Part shown: in pieces, positions 40,242 through 51,155 of the stretch
Numbering within the stretch: the first letter of the stretch is position 1
Layout of the letters: every line of letters begins with the position of its first letter
From: an uncultured delta proteobacterium
GTDB taxonomy: Bacteria > Desulfobacterota > Syntrophobacteria > Syntrophobacterales > Syntrophobacteraceae
DNA: 64,000 nucleotides
Assembly: GCA_963808625.1 (NCBI GenBank)
Contig: CAWEHK010000029.1
Location: forward strand, 96,001 to 160,000
Direction: 5' to 3'
Translations under genes and position numbers: made by a program
The notes under the pieces: model-generated
Database searches by the model: none
The model's input: the letters and a program-made list of their open reading frames with translations, nothing else
What the model was told of the DNA's origin: nothing

Positions 40242-41291
40242 ATGAAAGCTTTGGATTCGCAGAACATCAGGAAAATATTCGTTCGCTCGACGAATTGGAT
40301 TGGCGATGCGGTCATGACCACTCCTGCCATGGGCAGAGTGACGACGGCATTTCCTCATGCCGAAATTGTTGTCGTCGCTAACCCGACGGTGGCCGAGCTG
40401 TTGCGCTATCATCCCGATTGCAATCGCTTTCTGGTGTACGACAAAAAGGGAGCGCACCATGGACTCTGAGGTCTCCTCCGCTTCTGTGGAGAAATCCGAA
40501 AAGAACGGTTCGACTTGGCCATCCTTTTTCAGAACGCCATCGCGGCAGCGATCATGACCACCCTTGCAGGGATTTCGCGGCGCGCCGGCTACACCACCGA
40601 TTGCAGGGGTTTTCTTCTGACACACAAGGTGCGAGGCTGGCGAGAGGCGCGCCGGTTCCATCATACGGATTACTATCTCAACATGCTGGACGGTCTGGGG
40701 CTGCAAGGCGGAAACGGATGCCTCCGGTTGCGCTGCACCGAAGAAGAACTGGCCTGGGCCAGGGAGCGGCTTGCCGACTGGAAGTGGGTGACGATTAATC
40801 CTGGAGCACCCGATGGGTCTGCCAAGCGTTGGTTCCCCGAGCGCTTTGCCGTGGTAGCGGATAGCATTGCGGACGAGTTTTCCTTGCGTATCCTCATCAT
40901 CGGGGGACCGGACGAAGGCTTGATTGCCGAGGAGGTTGCAGCGAACATGCGGCAGCGGCCTCTTAACCTTGCGGGAAGAACATCCGCCCGGCAGCTCATG
41001 GCCCTGCTCTCGCAATGCCGCCTTCGGGTGACCAACGATTCAGGGCCGATGCACGTGGCGGCGGCCTTTGGGGTGCCGATCGTCGCCATCTTCGGGTCCA
41101 CGGATCACACCACGACCTCGCCGCTGGCGCCATCATGCCGTATTGTCCGGAAACCAACCGACTGTGCACCATGCCTGAAAACCGAATGCCCCACAGACCA
41201 TCGCTGCATGACCGCCGTTACGGTGGCCGATGTCCTGAGGGCCGCATGGTGTTTGCTTAAGGAAGAAAAACGAGATGACGAGTTGAAATGA
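40242..41291 (+). pseudogene. waaF: Lipopolysaccharide heptosyltransferase II (GT9) interrupted by an in-frame TGA at 40467-40469
   Basis: VRSTNWIGDAVMTTP, INPGA..GSAKRW, NLAGRT, VTNDSGPMHVAAA, CAPCLKTECP. ORFs 40242-40469 and 40515-41291 are in the same frame. Confidence 0.85.
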
Positions 41292-41348
41292 GTGGTGATC
41301 ACTCAAGAAAGCTACCTCAGTACAGTCCCGTTTAGGAGTTGAGGAAAA

Positions 41349-42307
41349 GTGAACTGGTTTTCCATAGAACAGCTAAAGCGTAATCCATATCCTAAGCAGA
41401 TTATTATAGATATTCATTCTTATTGTAATGCCAAATGTATAATTTGTCCTTATAATTATCTAAAAACTAAGAATCCCATGGGGATCATGGATGAAAATCT
41501 GTTTATAAAGATTATTGATGATTTTAGTAAAATATCAAGAGCCAATCATTTTAGAGGACATGTCCTTTTCTGTAATATGGGAGAATTATTTGTTCATCCT
41601 AATATAGCTTTAGATAGGATGAAATATGTTATAAACTCAGGCCTTGATTTTGATATTCAAACTAATGCGGCTCTGCTATTTCCAAATGTAATTGAACAGT
41701 TGAAGGATTCGGGATTTAATAGGTCTATTCTAATTAGTTTTCATGGGATTTCACCAAATGTGTATAGCCAAATAATGGGATTAGAAGTATCTAAGACTCT
41801 TAACAATATAGACTATCTATCTCATCATTATCCAAAAGACAAGATTCTAATTCAAAGCATACCATTTCATTGGCCAAAAGGAGAAGCGAAACACATACGG
41901 TCTTATTTTCATAACAAAGGAATAAAGGTTAGGATGCCATTTACCTAACAATAGAGCTGGCCTATTGAATAATATTGTTTCTAATAAGTCACACACATTA
42001 ATTGGTTGTATTCCAAACCGACCATTGGGCGAAAATGGTTATATGTTTTAATGGAGATGTTATTCTTTGCTGTAATGATATGGCACAGCAAGAAATACTC
42101 GGCAATTTAAAACATAATACAATAGAAGATATTTGGAATGGAAATATTTTACTCAAGAAGATAAACCAGATATATTGTGGAGAACCTTCTCCCGAGAACT
42201 TTATCTGTAAACAATGCGAGTTTGCAAGAACTTCCACTTCTTTATTGAATCGATTAGTTAGAAATGTGAAGTATGAAGTCAAGAAGTATTTTTTGACATT
42301 CATGTAG
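41349..42307 (+). CDS. AT-rich radical SAM/SPASM-domain protein (two indels in homopolymers near 41940 and 42033)
   Basis: CNAKCIIC (CxxxCxxC), QTNA, ISFHG; SPASM GDVILCCND..GNL...IWNG...CKQC. Visibly far lower GC than its flanks. Confidence 0.8.
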
Positions 42308-42362
42308 CAGCAGTATTGCGGGAAGGAAAGGCGGATACCGGTGAAATACGCTTCTCCATTGT

Positions 42363-42647
42363 GTGTTGAATTGGGCGTGCCACGCACGCTCTTTCCTGAT
42401 TCTGGGATTCCTCATCTACTATCCGCTTGCCGTGGTCGATGAGGAGCAGAGGCTTGCTGCCAAATACGGACAGGAATTCACCGAATATGTTCGTCGCACG
42501 CTACGATTCATTCCGAACTTCTCCCTCTTCTACGAGAGTGAAACGTACATGGTGGACACCAGGACCTATCATTATGCCTTCTTTGACGCGGTGTGGTTTG
42601 TGTGGGTCTATGCTTTAATCCGAAGTTTTATCAATATGAATGCGTAA
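42363..42647 (+). pseudogene. C-terminal fragment of an isoprenylcysteine carboxylmethyltransferase/PEMT-family membrane protein
   Basis: YYPLAVVDEEQRLAAKYGQEFTEYVRRTLRFIP matches the EE..L...FG..Y..Y.....RF.P motif. Confidence 0.6.
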
Positions 42648-42696
42648 TATAGCGATATGGCTTCCAAATCGAATGTATCGCCAGGGGTGTTCCTGT

Positions 42697-42858
42697 CTAC
42701 GCTACGAGTTTGACCCCGAGCAAATGAAAAGCGCGCTGCTGCACGGCGGTGGGGCGTGCGAGCTTTTTAAAGGTCACGGGGTCCTTGCCGATCCGTTCGA
42801 CCTCCACGGTATTCCTGGTGATGGTAGCCAAATCGGCGAGCAAGGTGCGGAAGCTGCG
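42697..42858 (-). pseudogene. C-terminal remnant of an IS1634-like transposase
   Basis: Manual minus-strand translation RSFRTLLADLATITRNTVEV...ARPTAVQQRAFHLLGVKLVA*; below the ORF-track cutoff. Confidence 0.65.
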
Positions 42859-43130
42859 CTAAAAACATGCCGGGTATGACGAAAGGAAATCCGGACACTC
42901 ATTTCTGCGACGCTGTACTTAGATCTTGAAAAGAGGTTGATTGGTCCTGGCGACCGATTTGCTCGAAAGACAGAATCCTTCATCGCCCGGCAAGACAACA
43001 GAAAACTTCATCATTCGAAATTCCTTGTTCGATATTCGATATTCATCTTTTCCATGCAATCTAAAGCATCTTGAGCTCTGGCGGTGGGAGTGGCGGCCTT
43101 GATCACGGATATTCGTCTTTCCAATGCAAT

Positions 43131-46063
43131 TTACAGCACCTTGAGCGTGGTCAACCAGCCGGGGTCATTGACACTGGACTCATCAAGGGCACTCTGCGGG
43201 CCAAGCACCTTTACAATGCCCTGACTCCTGACTCGGTCCAGCACTTCAGCAAAGGCTTTGAAGTCGGCAGCGGTGGTGGCAAGGACCTCTTCGCGCATTC
43301 TCTGGCGATCCTCTTCAGGGTCACCCATGAGATAGCGCAGCAGGGAAACAAAGCCTTTAGCGTCAGGAAGGAGATAGGCATCGAGATGGCCGATGGCGCC
43401 GATGATCGCCTTGGTGAGCTCATTATCGCTGAGATCGCCGTTGCGGAGAAAATCAACGGACCGGTCAAAATTATCCAGCGTGCTGAGCAGATTAGGGTCC
43501 CGGTAGGAGACGAAGGTCAGGGTCCCCGAAAAACGGTCAAACATGGAAAAGGCACCATAGGCTCCTCCCTGAACACGAATTCGTTCCCACAGCCAGGAGG
43601 TGCGAAGGTAGCCGGAAATGACCTGGGCGGAGCCGTGGAAGTTGATAACCCAGGTCATAAAGGTTAGCGCCCTTCCCGACGTAATTGACCTGGGCCGGGA
43701 TGACCATGCCTTCAAAACGGGACGGATATGTGGCGACCACCATTGCCTCTCGGCCGGCGCCGAGGGCAGTCCGCCCAGGAAGGCGGCCACCTTTGATTCG
43801 GCTTGACGCCCAGCCGGCTTCATCCACGGTAACATTGAGGAGCATGTTTTCTCGTCTGACCAGAAGCCGGCGGACCTCTTCGAGGATGGCAAGCACCCCC
43901 GGCCAATCTTCCTCGACCCTGCGGGCGAGCTCGCGCAGGAACAAGAGAAAGCTCACTCCGCCCATTTGCTCGGCAGCCCAGTCGGCCTCGCTGAAATGCG
44001 ACCTCAGCCGCAGGTTGACGATCTGATGTCCGCCTGGGACCAGCTTCTCTTCCTGCCTCGCCTTTTCTTCGAGCACCATCTGGCGGAAGCGTTCGCGATT
44101 GTCCAGGCGCACCGTGAGCAGGACATCATGCAGGATCCCAAGGAGGTCCTCCACTTGCGGCAGCATGCTCTTGCCCCGCAAAAACAACCACAACGTCTGC
44201 TTCTCATCGGTCTTCGATGCCGAGGTAAAAACTTCCGGACGGATACCTCCGGTTTTTCGGCTGATTCGCTGCGTGAGGGCGACAAAATCCTCCTTCTCCG
44301 TGCCAATTTCAACGAGAGCCCGGCCAAAAAGCGGCACAAAAGGTAAGTGCTCCTGCTTGAGGCACTGGAGGTTGAACCCCACATCCAGGTAGACGATCCC
44401 GTTGGTGAAGAGGTCATGATAGAGAGTCCGGACGCCCTCTTTTTCCAGAAGCTCGAGCGGGATGGATTTATTGGTTCGATCCAGGTCGGCGATGTTTAGT
44501 GTCGGGATCGCGGCGAGGGCTTCGGGTGGGTCCGGCAGTTCCTGCAACCGTTTGAGCTCCCGGGTATTGGCGATGACTTCCTGCAGCTGAGCCGGTTGCA
44601 GGGACTCTCTGACAGCCTTCAGGCGCTCCCGTTCCGCTCCTTCTTCCTTGCTCGCGAGCTCGGGATCAGGCTCCAGAATAAGGGTGGTGCGATGACGGTT
44701 TTCGAGGAAGAAGCGAGCGATCATGTTTTCAAAGCATCGGGAGTTCGAAGCCAGGCGTGATTTCAGCGCTTCGAAGGGTGCTTCAAAAGCCAGCAGGGCC
44801 AGCGGGTCGGAGTCATACAGCCAGGTGGTCAAGGCCCGCAGCATGAGGTTGAGCCCGCGAGGGAAGCTCCCGGTATTGTTTTCACGGAGGCGAAATTCGA
44901 TGGTGTTCATCGCGGCTTCCGTGGTTTGCGGATCGATGCCCTGGGTGGCGAGGTTTTCCAGGGTTTTCAGGATGAGCTCCTCGATGCGGTCGGCATCCTC
45001 TGGCTGGATGCCTTTCAAACCGGTGGAGAAGTAGATCTGGCGCAATTCGCTCTCCAACCCGACCCCGGCGAGGTCATCGCCAAGGCCGGAGTCGATAAGT
45101 GCCTTGCGCAAGGGGGAGCCCGGCATGCCGAGCAGGATGTACTGCAGCACCTGAAGGGCAAAGTTCAGCTCGGGGTCAGTGGTTTCGGGGAGGAGCCAGT
45201 TCACGGTGAGCATGCCGCGGCGAACCGCCCGGCCCTCGCCGCTCGTCCGTATCCGCTGAGGCGTACGGGCGGATGATGCGCCGTGGGGCGGTAAGGGGCG
45301 GCTGCAAGACAACCGCTGAGTCAACGGGCAGGCGCTCGAAATCCTTGAGGTACTCATTCGCCAGCCGCAAGCGCCGCTCGGGATCGTCATTGCCGCAGAA
45401 ATAGAGGCGCGCATTGGACGGATGGTAATATTTTTGGTGAAAGGCTTGGAATTGCTCGAAGGTCAGCTCGATGATGTGCTTCGGGTTGCCTCCCGAATCC
45501 AGACCATAGGTGGTATCGGGAAACAGCGACTGCTGGGAGTATTCGGTGAGCACATTGTCGGGAGAAGAGTAGGCGCCTTTCATTTCGTTAAAAACCACGC
45601 CCTTGTAGATAAGGGTCCCTGCCGGGTCGTCCAGTTCCAGGTGCCAGCCTTCCTGCTGAAAGATGAATGGGGAAATCCGGGGGTAGAAGACCGCATCGAG
45701 ATAAACATCAATGAGATTGTAGAAGTCCTGGGCGTTCTGACTGGCTACCGGATAGCAGGTCTTGTCGGGATAGGTGAAAGCATTGAGAAAGGTCTTGAGG
45801 GAGCCCTTCAGGAGTTCGACGAAAGGTTCTTTAACCGGGTATTTACGGGAACCGCAGAGGACCGAGTGCTCCAGAATGTGCGCCACTCCGGTGGAATCCT
45901 TGGGCGGTGTTCGGAAGGTAATCCCGAAAACCTTGTTGTCGTCGTCGTTGATGAGGGACAGCAGTTCCGCGCCGGTCTTCACATGCCGAAAGAGCTGCGC
46001 CTGCGTTCTTAACTCACGAATATCCTGAGTCCGAAGCCGTTCAAAGCCCTCGATGATCGTCAT
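43131..46063 (-). CDS. M16C-family zinc metallopeptidase (insulinase/presequence protease PreP-like); several frameshifts (~45250, ~43640, probably a compensating pair at 43720-43800)
   Basis: GVAHILEHSVLCGSRKYPVKEPF (HxxEH), LNAFTYPDKT, VFNEMKG, FTNGIVY, WERIRVQGGAYG, SYRDPN. Confidence 0.92.
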
Positions 46064-46335
46064 CTGTTCCTCCAATGGTTTTCCGGTGTCATCATGCCAT
46101 GGCCGCCTTGAAAGCCGGCCGGCGGCAATGAGGAGTTTGTGCATCGGAGAGTCGTTTACCACCTCCGGCGATTTTTCTCAATCCCTCAAGAAGTCCCGGC
46201 GGATTAATCGGCGTTATCCGTTATTGCTCTCCGGAACGGATCATCGTATCATTGAAGGGTCTTTGCGCGGTGGGGTGGCCTGGTACAGCCGGGTGGAAGT
46301 TTCTGGTCAGTTCGGCCACCATTCAACCGGATCGT

Positions 46336-46363
46336 GTAGGGGCGACAGGCCTGTCGCCCCTAC
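46336..46363. repeat. GTAG-type REP, perfect 28-bp palindrome
   Basis: gtaggggcgacaggcctgtcgcccctac. Confidence 0.8.
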
Positions 46364-46431
46364 CAGCCGAAACCAATTCGTGACTTCCTGGTGCTTGCGA
46401 GGGCTGTCGGGGGAAACAGGGGAGAGAGCCA

Positions 46432-47196
46432 ATGAAAGTAGTCTTCCTGGGTGTGGGCGAAGCCTGTGACGAAAGGCTGCCGAATACCTCCGTGTGGGTC
46501 CAAACGGAGGTGGCCGGCGAGCGAAAATCGGTGATGCTGGACTGTGGTTTTACCGTGCCCTCGCTTTACTGGCAGCAGACAAGCAACCAGGAAGACCTGG
46601 ACGCGCTCTGGATTTCCCATTATCATGGCGACCATTTTTTCGGGGTACCGGCCCTGCTCCTGAGGCTGTGGGAGATGAAACGCATCAAACCCCTGGCGAT
46701 CGTGAGCCAAACCGGTATCGACAGGATCGTAACCCAGGCCATGGAATTGGCCTACCCCGGTTTTTTCCAAAAGCTCACCTACCCGGTCGTATTTCACGAA
46801 ATCGAGCCGGGGCGGAGGGGGCGTGTCGTCGGGCTTGAGTGGAGCGTTGAACAGAGCATTCATGGGCAGCGAAACCTGGCCGTCCGCATTGAAGATGGCA
46901 AGCATGCCATTTTTTACAGTGGCGATGGACTCTTTAACCCGGAAACGCTCTCCCTGGCCCGCGCCTGCACCCTGGTGGTCCATGAGGCCTTTCGGCTGGA
47001 CCCTCTTACGCCGGGTCATGGTACGGTGCGTCAATGCCTCGATTTTGCACGGGAAGCAGGCGCCGGTATGCTGGCCCTCGTGCATGTGCAGCGGGATGAG
47101 CGAAGAGAGCGCTGTCAGGAGATTCTGAAGCTGCTCGAACGATGCGATGATCTTAACGTGATCCTTCCGGAACCCGGGGATCACGTGGAGATCTGA
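46432..47196 (+). CDS. RNase Z/ElaC-like metallo-beta-lactamase-fold hydrolase
   Basis: VFLGVGEA, MLDCG, WISHYHGDH, YSGDG, VHEA, GHGT, LVH. Confidence 0.85.
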   Translation: MKVVFLGVGEACDERLPNTSVWVQTEVAGERKSVMLDCGFTVPSLYWQQTSNQEDLDALWISHYHGDHFFGVPALLLRLWEMKRIKPLAIVSQTGIDRIVTQAMELAYPGFFQKLTYPVVFHEIEPGRRGRVVGLEWSVEQSIHGQRNLAVRIEDGKHAIFYSGDGLFNPETLSLARACTLVVHEAFRLDPLTPGHGTVRQCLDFAREAGAGMLALVHVQRDERRERCQEILKLLERCDDLNVILPEPGDHVEI

Positions 47197-47235
47197 TGTT
47201 GTTGTCAGGTAAACAAATCGATCAAGGAGGAAGGC

Positions 47236-47598
47236 ATGCAGAAGCTGTTGTTTATTTTGTCGAAGGGTTTTGAGAAGGCGGGTGGTGCTACGAGGGCCAT
47301 GCAGTTTGCGGCGATCGCTGCGGAACAGGGACACCATACGGAAATTTTTCTGATCGATGACGCCATTCATTGGGCCCAGATGGGCATGGCCGAGGGAATC
47401 CGGTCCACCACCGGGGAGCACATGAAGGACATGTTGGATAAGCTGGTTGCGCAAAAATGCCTCATTCACGTGTGCAAAGCCTGCGCTGATAAGCGTCTCG
47501 TTTCACCTGAAGAATTGATTCAAGGGGCCAGGATTTCTACGGCTACCGAGCTGGTGACCATGATGGCAAGTCCCGACTACAAAGTGTTTACATTCTAG
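47236..47598 (+). CDS. DsrE/DsrF-family protein
   Basis: IFLIDDAI, VCKACADKR, ELIQGARI; AAGGAGG RBS. Confidence 0.85.
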   Translation: MQKLLFILSKGFEKAGGATRAMQFAAIAAEQGHHTEIFLIDDAIHWAQMGMAEGIRSTTGEHMKDMLDKLVAQKCLIHVCKACADKRLVSPEELIQGARISTATELVTMMASPDYKVFTF

Positions 47599-48157
47599 TC
47601 CGATCAACGTTTATGCTATGTGCCTCCCGGCGTTGCGAGAGCTCGTCTTTTATCTTTGAAACCAATTGCTCGGGGAGCGCAGCGTCGGTTTCCAGCGTAA
47701 TATGGGCGGTTTCCTGATAAAGGCCTGCGCGTTCGGTGAGGATTTTTCGGATTTCCTCCCGTATCGGCAGCGAGGTAAAGGCGGGACGGTTTGTTTCCGT
47801 ATTGGGGTCCCCGCGCATGCGCGCATGGGTTGTTTCGGGTGAGGCTTTGAGCCAGATGACGAGGAAATGGTCTTTGAGGATCTTGCGATTATCGGCGCTC
47901 AATACCACTCCGCCACCGGTTGCGACAATAAGACCCTGCTCCCGGACAAGCTCTTTCAGGAGTTCGGATTCCGCCTTGCGAAAGGATTCCCAGCCCTGAT
48001 CCTGAACCCATTGGTCAATACTTCTGCCGGATGCGGCGACCAATCGTTCGTCCATGTCGACGTAGGAAAGGTTCAACTCCTGGGCGAGGAGCTTCCCCAC
48101 CAGGCTCTTGCCTGAGGCGCGAAAACCGATGAGCGCGATACGGGTTTTTTCTTTCAC
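47588..48157 (-). CDS. aroK: Shikimate kinase
   Basis: IALIGFRASGKSLVG, DMD, GWESFRKAE, VATGGGVV, RP, ERAGLY. Confidence 0.92.
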   Translation of the reverse strand: MKEKTRIALIGFRASGKSLVGKLLAQELNLSYVDMDERLVAASGRSIDQWVQDQGWESFRKAESELLKELVREQGLIVATGGGVVLSADNRKILKDHFLVIWLKASPETTHARMRGDPNTETNRPAFTSLPIREEIRKILTERAGLYQETAHITLETDAALPEQLVSKIKDELSQRREAHSINVDRTRM

Positions 48158-48218
48158 AACAAGTCCCTTCCGGGATATTGTCAACTGCCTGTAATAGTTG
48201 GATTGCGAGAAAAAGCAG

Positions 48219-48978
48219 ATGAATAACAACCCAGATCCTCAGCATGCGTTGCACCCGGACCGGCTTCCCTTCGTCCCCCCGCTCGCTGCCGCCCTGTTCC
48301 GGCTGCATTTTCGTACCTGCAAGTTTACCATCGTTGGCAGGGAACATGAAGAGTTTGCTCTGCGCCATGGCGATCCGGTGTTGATAACTTGCTGGCATTT
48401 TGCTTTTCCGACGGTGGTCTATCGTTTCCGAGGCCACAGCGCTCTGGTCATGGTGAGCCGCAGCCGCGACGGGGAATGGGCGGCGCGTGTCGTTCAGAAG
48501 CTCGGATATCGGTGTTTCCGGGGTTCTCCCGGCAAGGGCGGGAGCACCGCCCTGAAGCAGTTGATTTCTCACATCAAAGGTACTCCCGGAGGCGGCTTCA
48601 TTGCCGACGGCTCCCAGGGGCCGCCGCGCATCGCCCAGACGAGGCATCCTCCTGCTCGCGCGCTATTCGGGGGCGCCTTTGATGCCGGTCAGCATGGCCG
48701 CCGATCCGTGTTGGCGCTTCCATAGTTGGGATCGCACCGTACTCGCGAAACCCTTTTCGCAAATCGTCATGGCTTTCGGGTCCCCCATGAGGATCGCGAG
48801 AGACATCTCCGCGGCTCAGCTCGAAGCCGCGCGTCTCGATCTCGAAACGCGCCTCAATCAGCTGACCGACGCGGCCGAGGAAACTATCAAAGGCCTGGCC
48901 AAGAATAGAATATCGTCTCTCACCACGGAACACACGGAACACACGGAATACACGGAGTACACGGAATACCGGAGCTGA
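48219..48978 (+). CDS. DUF374 lysophospholipid acyltransferase-family protein (frameshift near 48640)
   Basis: CWH, MVSRSRDGE, RGS..KGG, ADGSQGP; then GILLLA, SWDR..LAKPFS. Confidence 0.85.
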
Positions 48979-49051
48979 TTCTTTCCTGCCTTACCATGGA
49001 ATATCCGGATTACCAGGGGGTTTCCGTATTTTTTCGGGTGTTTCGTGGTTT
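48921..49051. repeat. 9-mer tandem hairpin repeat (CACGGAACA family)
   Basis: caccacggaacacacggaacacacggaatacacggagtacacggaatac ... ttccgtat...tttcgtggtt. Confidence 0.65.
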
Positions 49052-49219
49052 GAAAAAGGCGCATGCGGTCGCAGAAATCATACAAGTACCATTCAAACCT
49101 TGCAAACTCACCCCAGCTTTGTTATGTGCTCCATTGACTGAAGGCCGGGAATAGTTTCTGTTTACTCCAGGCTGCACCATGTATCTGATGATGATATGCG
49201 GAATTTCAGTGAGGGATTT

Positions 49220-49592
<373 letters not shown>

Positions 49593-49635
49593 AAATTCCT
49601 TCTTTCTTCTCTTTTTTACTCGGGGTCGTTTCATC

Positions 49636-50520
49636 ATGCCCAAAACCTGCGCCATCATTCCCGCTGCCGGGCGCGGCCTGCGGATGGGGGTGGCCAAGCC
49701 AAAGCAATTTCTGGAAATTGCCGGAAAGCCCATCCTCTTGCACACCCTTGAAACGCTGGCGAGGGCACGCTTCCTTTCGGGAGTGCTGGTGGCGGTCCCA
49801 GAGGATTTTTTGACCGCCACGGAAAATCTTCTCCGCGACTACTGCAGCAGCGATCCCGACCGATTTGTTTACTTGTCGAGAGAGCACCTGCCGGATGGCG
49901 GAGAAATCCTTCCGGACGGGGTTCTTGCCCATGAGTCAGCCGTGCAGCCGGGCGGAAGTCTCCGCATGTTCGTTACCGCGATTATTGGCGGGAGGGAACG
50001 TCAGGACAGCGTCTTCAATGCCCTGCAGGAGTTGCCGCCGGATTGCAGGTGGGTCCTTATTCATGACGGGGTGAGGCCCTTCGTCTCCCTCGCGCTCATC
50101 GAAAATACCTGGAAGGCTGCACAGAAGGCGGCGGCAGCCATTGCCGCTTTGCCGGCCACGGATACCCTGAAGCGCGTGCGCGATGAGGTGGTGCTGGAGA
50201 CGCTGCTGCGGGAGGAAATCTGGTGCGTTCAGACGCCGCAGGTGTTTCGCCGGGATATTATCCTGACCGCCTACCAGGAAGCGCGAAGGGTGGGCTGCTC
50301 GGGCACCGATGATGCGTTTTTTGTGGAACGCCTCGGCTTGCCGGTCGCGGTGGTGCCCGGGGAGCGGTCGAATATCAAAGTCACCACCCCGGAGGACCTC
50401 GCCTGGGGGGGGTGGTTTTTGAGCCGGGCCAGTCGGCAGGGTGCCTCCGTGCAGGCTTCTCAAGCCGATCACCTTTCCGACAGTCGAGCAGCCGATTTTG
50501 GAAGTGAACGATGCGAATAG
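49636..50520 (+). CDS. ispD: 2-C-methyl-D-erythritol 4-phosphate cytidylyltransferase
   Basis: [54 protein letters not shown]. Confidence 0.95.
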   Translation: MPKTCAIIPAAGRGLRMGVAKPKQFLEIAGKPILLHTLETLARARFLSGVLVAVPEDFLTATENLLRDYCSSDPDRFVYLSREHLPDGGEILPDGVLAHESAVQPGGSLRMFVTAIIGGRERQDSVFNALQELPPDCRWVLIHDGVRPFVSLALIENTWKAAQKAAAAIAALPATDTLKRVRDEVVLETLLREEIWCVQTPQVFRRDIILTAYQEARRVGCSGTDDAFFVERLGLPVAVVPGERSNIKVTTPEDLAWGGWFLSRASRQGASVQASQADHLSDSRAADFGSERCE

Positions 50521-51035
50521 GATTCGGGTACGACGTTCATGCCTTTGATGAAAATCGCCCCTTGATTTTGGGCGGTGTGGAGATTCCCCATACCCATGGG
50601 CTGCTTGGACATTCGGACGCGGATGTGCTCCTGCATGCGATCTCTGACGCGCTTCTGGGAGCGGCGGCACTGGGGGACATCGGGCGCCATTTCCCGGATT
50701 CCAACGCCGCGTACAAAGGCATCTCGAGCCTCATCCTGCTCCAGCGAACCGTCTTTCTGGTCAGGGAACGTGGCTTTGAAATCGAAAATATCGACTCGAC
50801 GCTGGTGCTGCAAAAGCCCCGCCTCGCCCCGCATATTCCGCGAATGGTGGAAAACATCGCCAACACCAGCAATATTTCCCCGTCATGCGTTAACGTTAAA
50901 GCGACAACCACGGAGCGACTGGGATTCACCGGGAGGGAAGAGGGGATTGCGGCTTATGCGGTGGTGCTCCTGAGGGACATGAGTGCTCACCGCAGAGACG
51001 CAGAGGTCGCAGAGAAAACAAGAAGTGGTGGTTGA
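50511..51035 (+). CDS. ispF: 2-C-methyl-D-erythritol 2,4-cyclodiphosphate synthase
   Basis: [47 protein letters not shown]. Confidence 0.97.
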   Translation: MRIGFGYDVHAFDENRPLILGGVEIPHTHGLLGHSDADVLLHAISDALLGAAALGDIGRHFPDSNAAYKGISSLILLQRTVFLVRERGFEIENIDSTLVLQKPRLAPHIPRMVENIANTSNISPSCVNVKATTTERLGFTGREEGIAAYAVVLLRDMSAHRRDAEVAEKTRSGG

Positions 51036-51155
51036 ACTGGGCACTTGATGCTTAACGCCTGATGGTGGATACTGTAGCGGCAATCGAATGGCTGGGATCC
51101 GTCGGCGGGACTGACATCTGCAATAATCATCGAACACATGAGGAGACCCTAACTC

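Larger units (their letters stand above)
38661..43145. mobile_element. Degraded genomic islet bounded by direct repeats of the M16C peptidase 3' end
   Basis: 22-bp exact repeat atgcaatttacagcaccttgag at 38710-38731 and 43124-43145. 71-bp repeat 38661-38731 vs 43005-43075 (64/71). Contents are IS remnants, gene fragments and a low-GC gene. Confidence 0.6.

Noticed and set aside
40467..40500. Selenocysteine read-through of the waaF TGA (weak hairpin tctcc...ggaga follows)
   Set aside because: The position is not a known catalytic Cys site in GT9 enzymes, the hairpin is weak, and the gene sits among decayed fragments.
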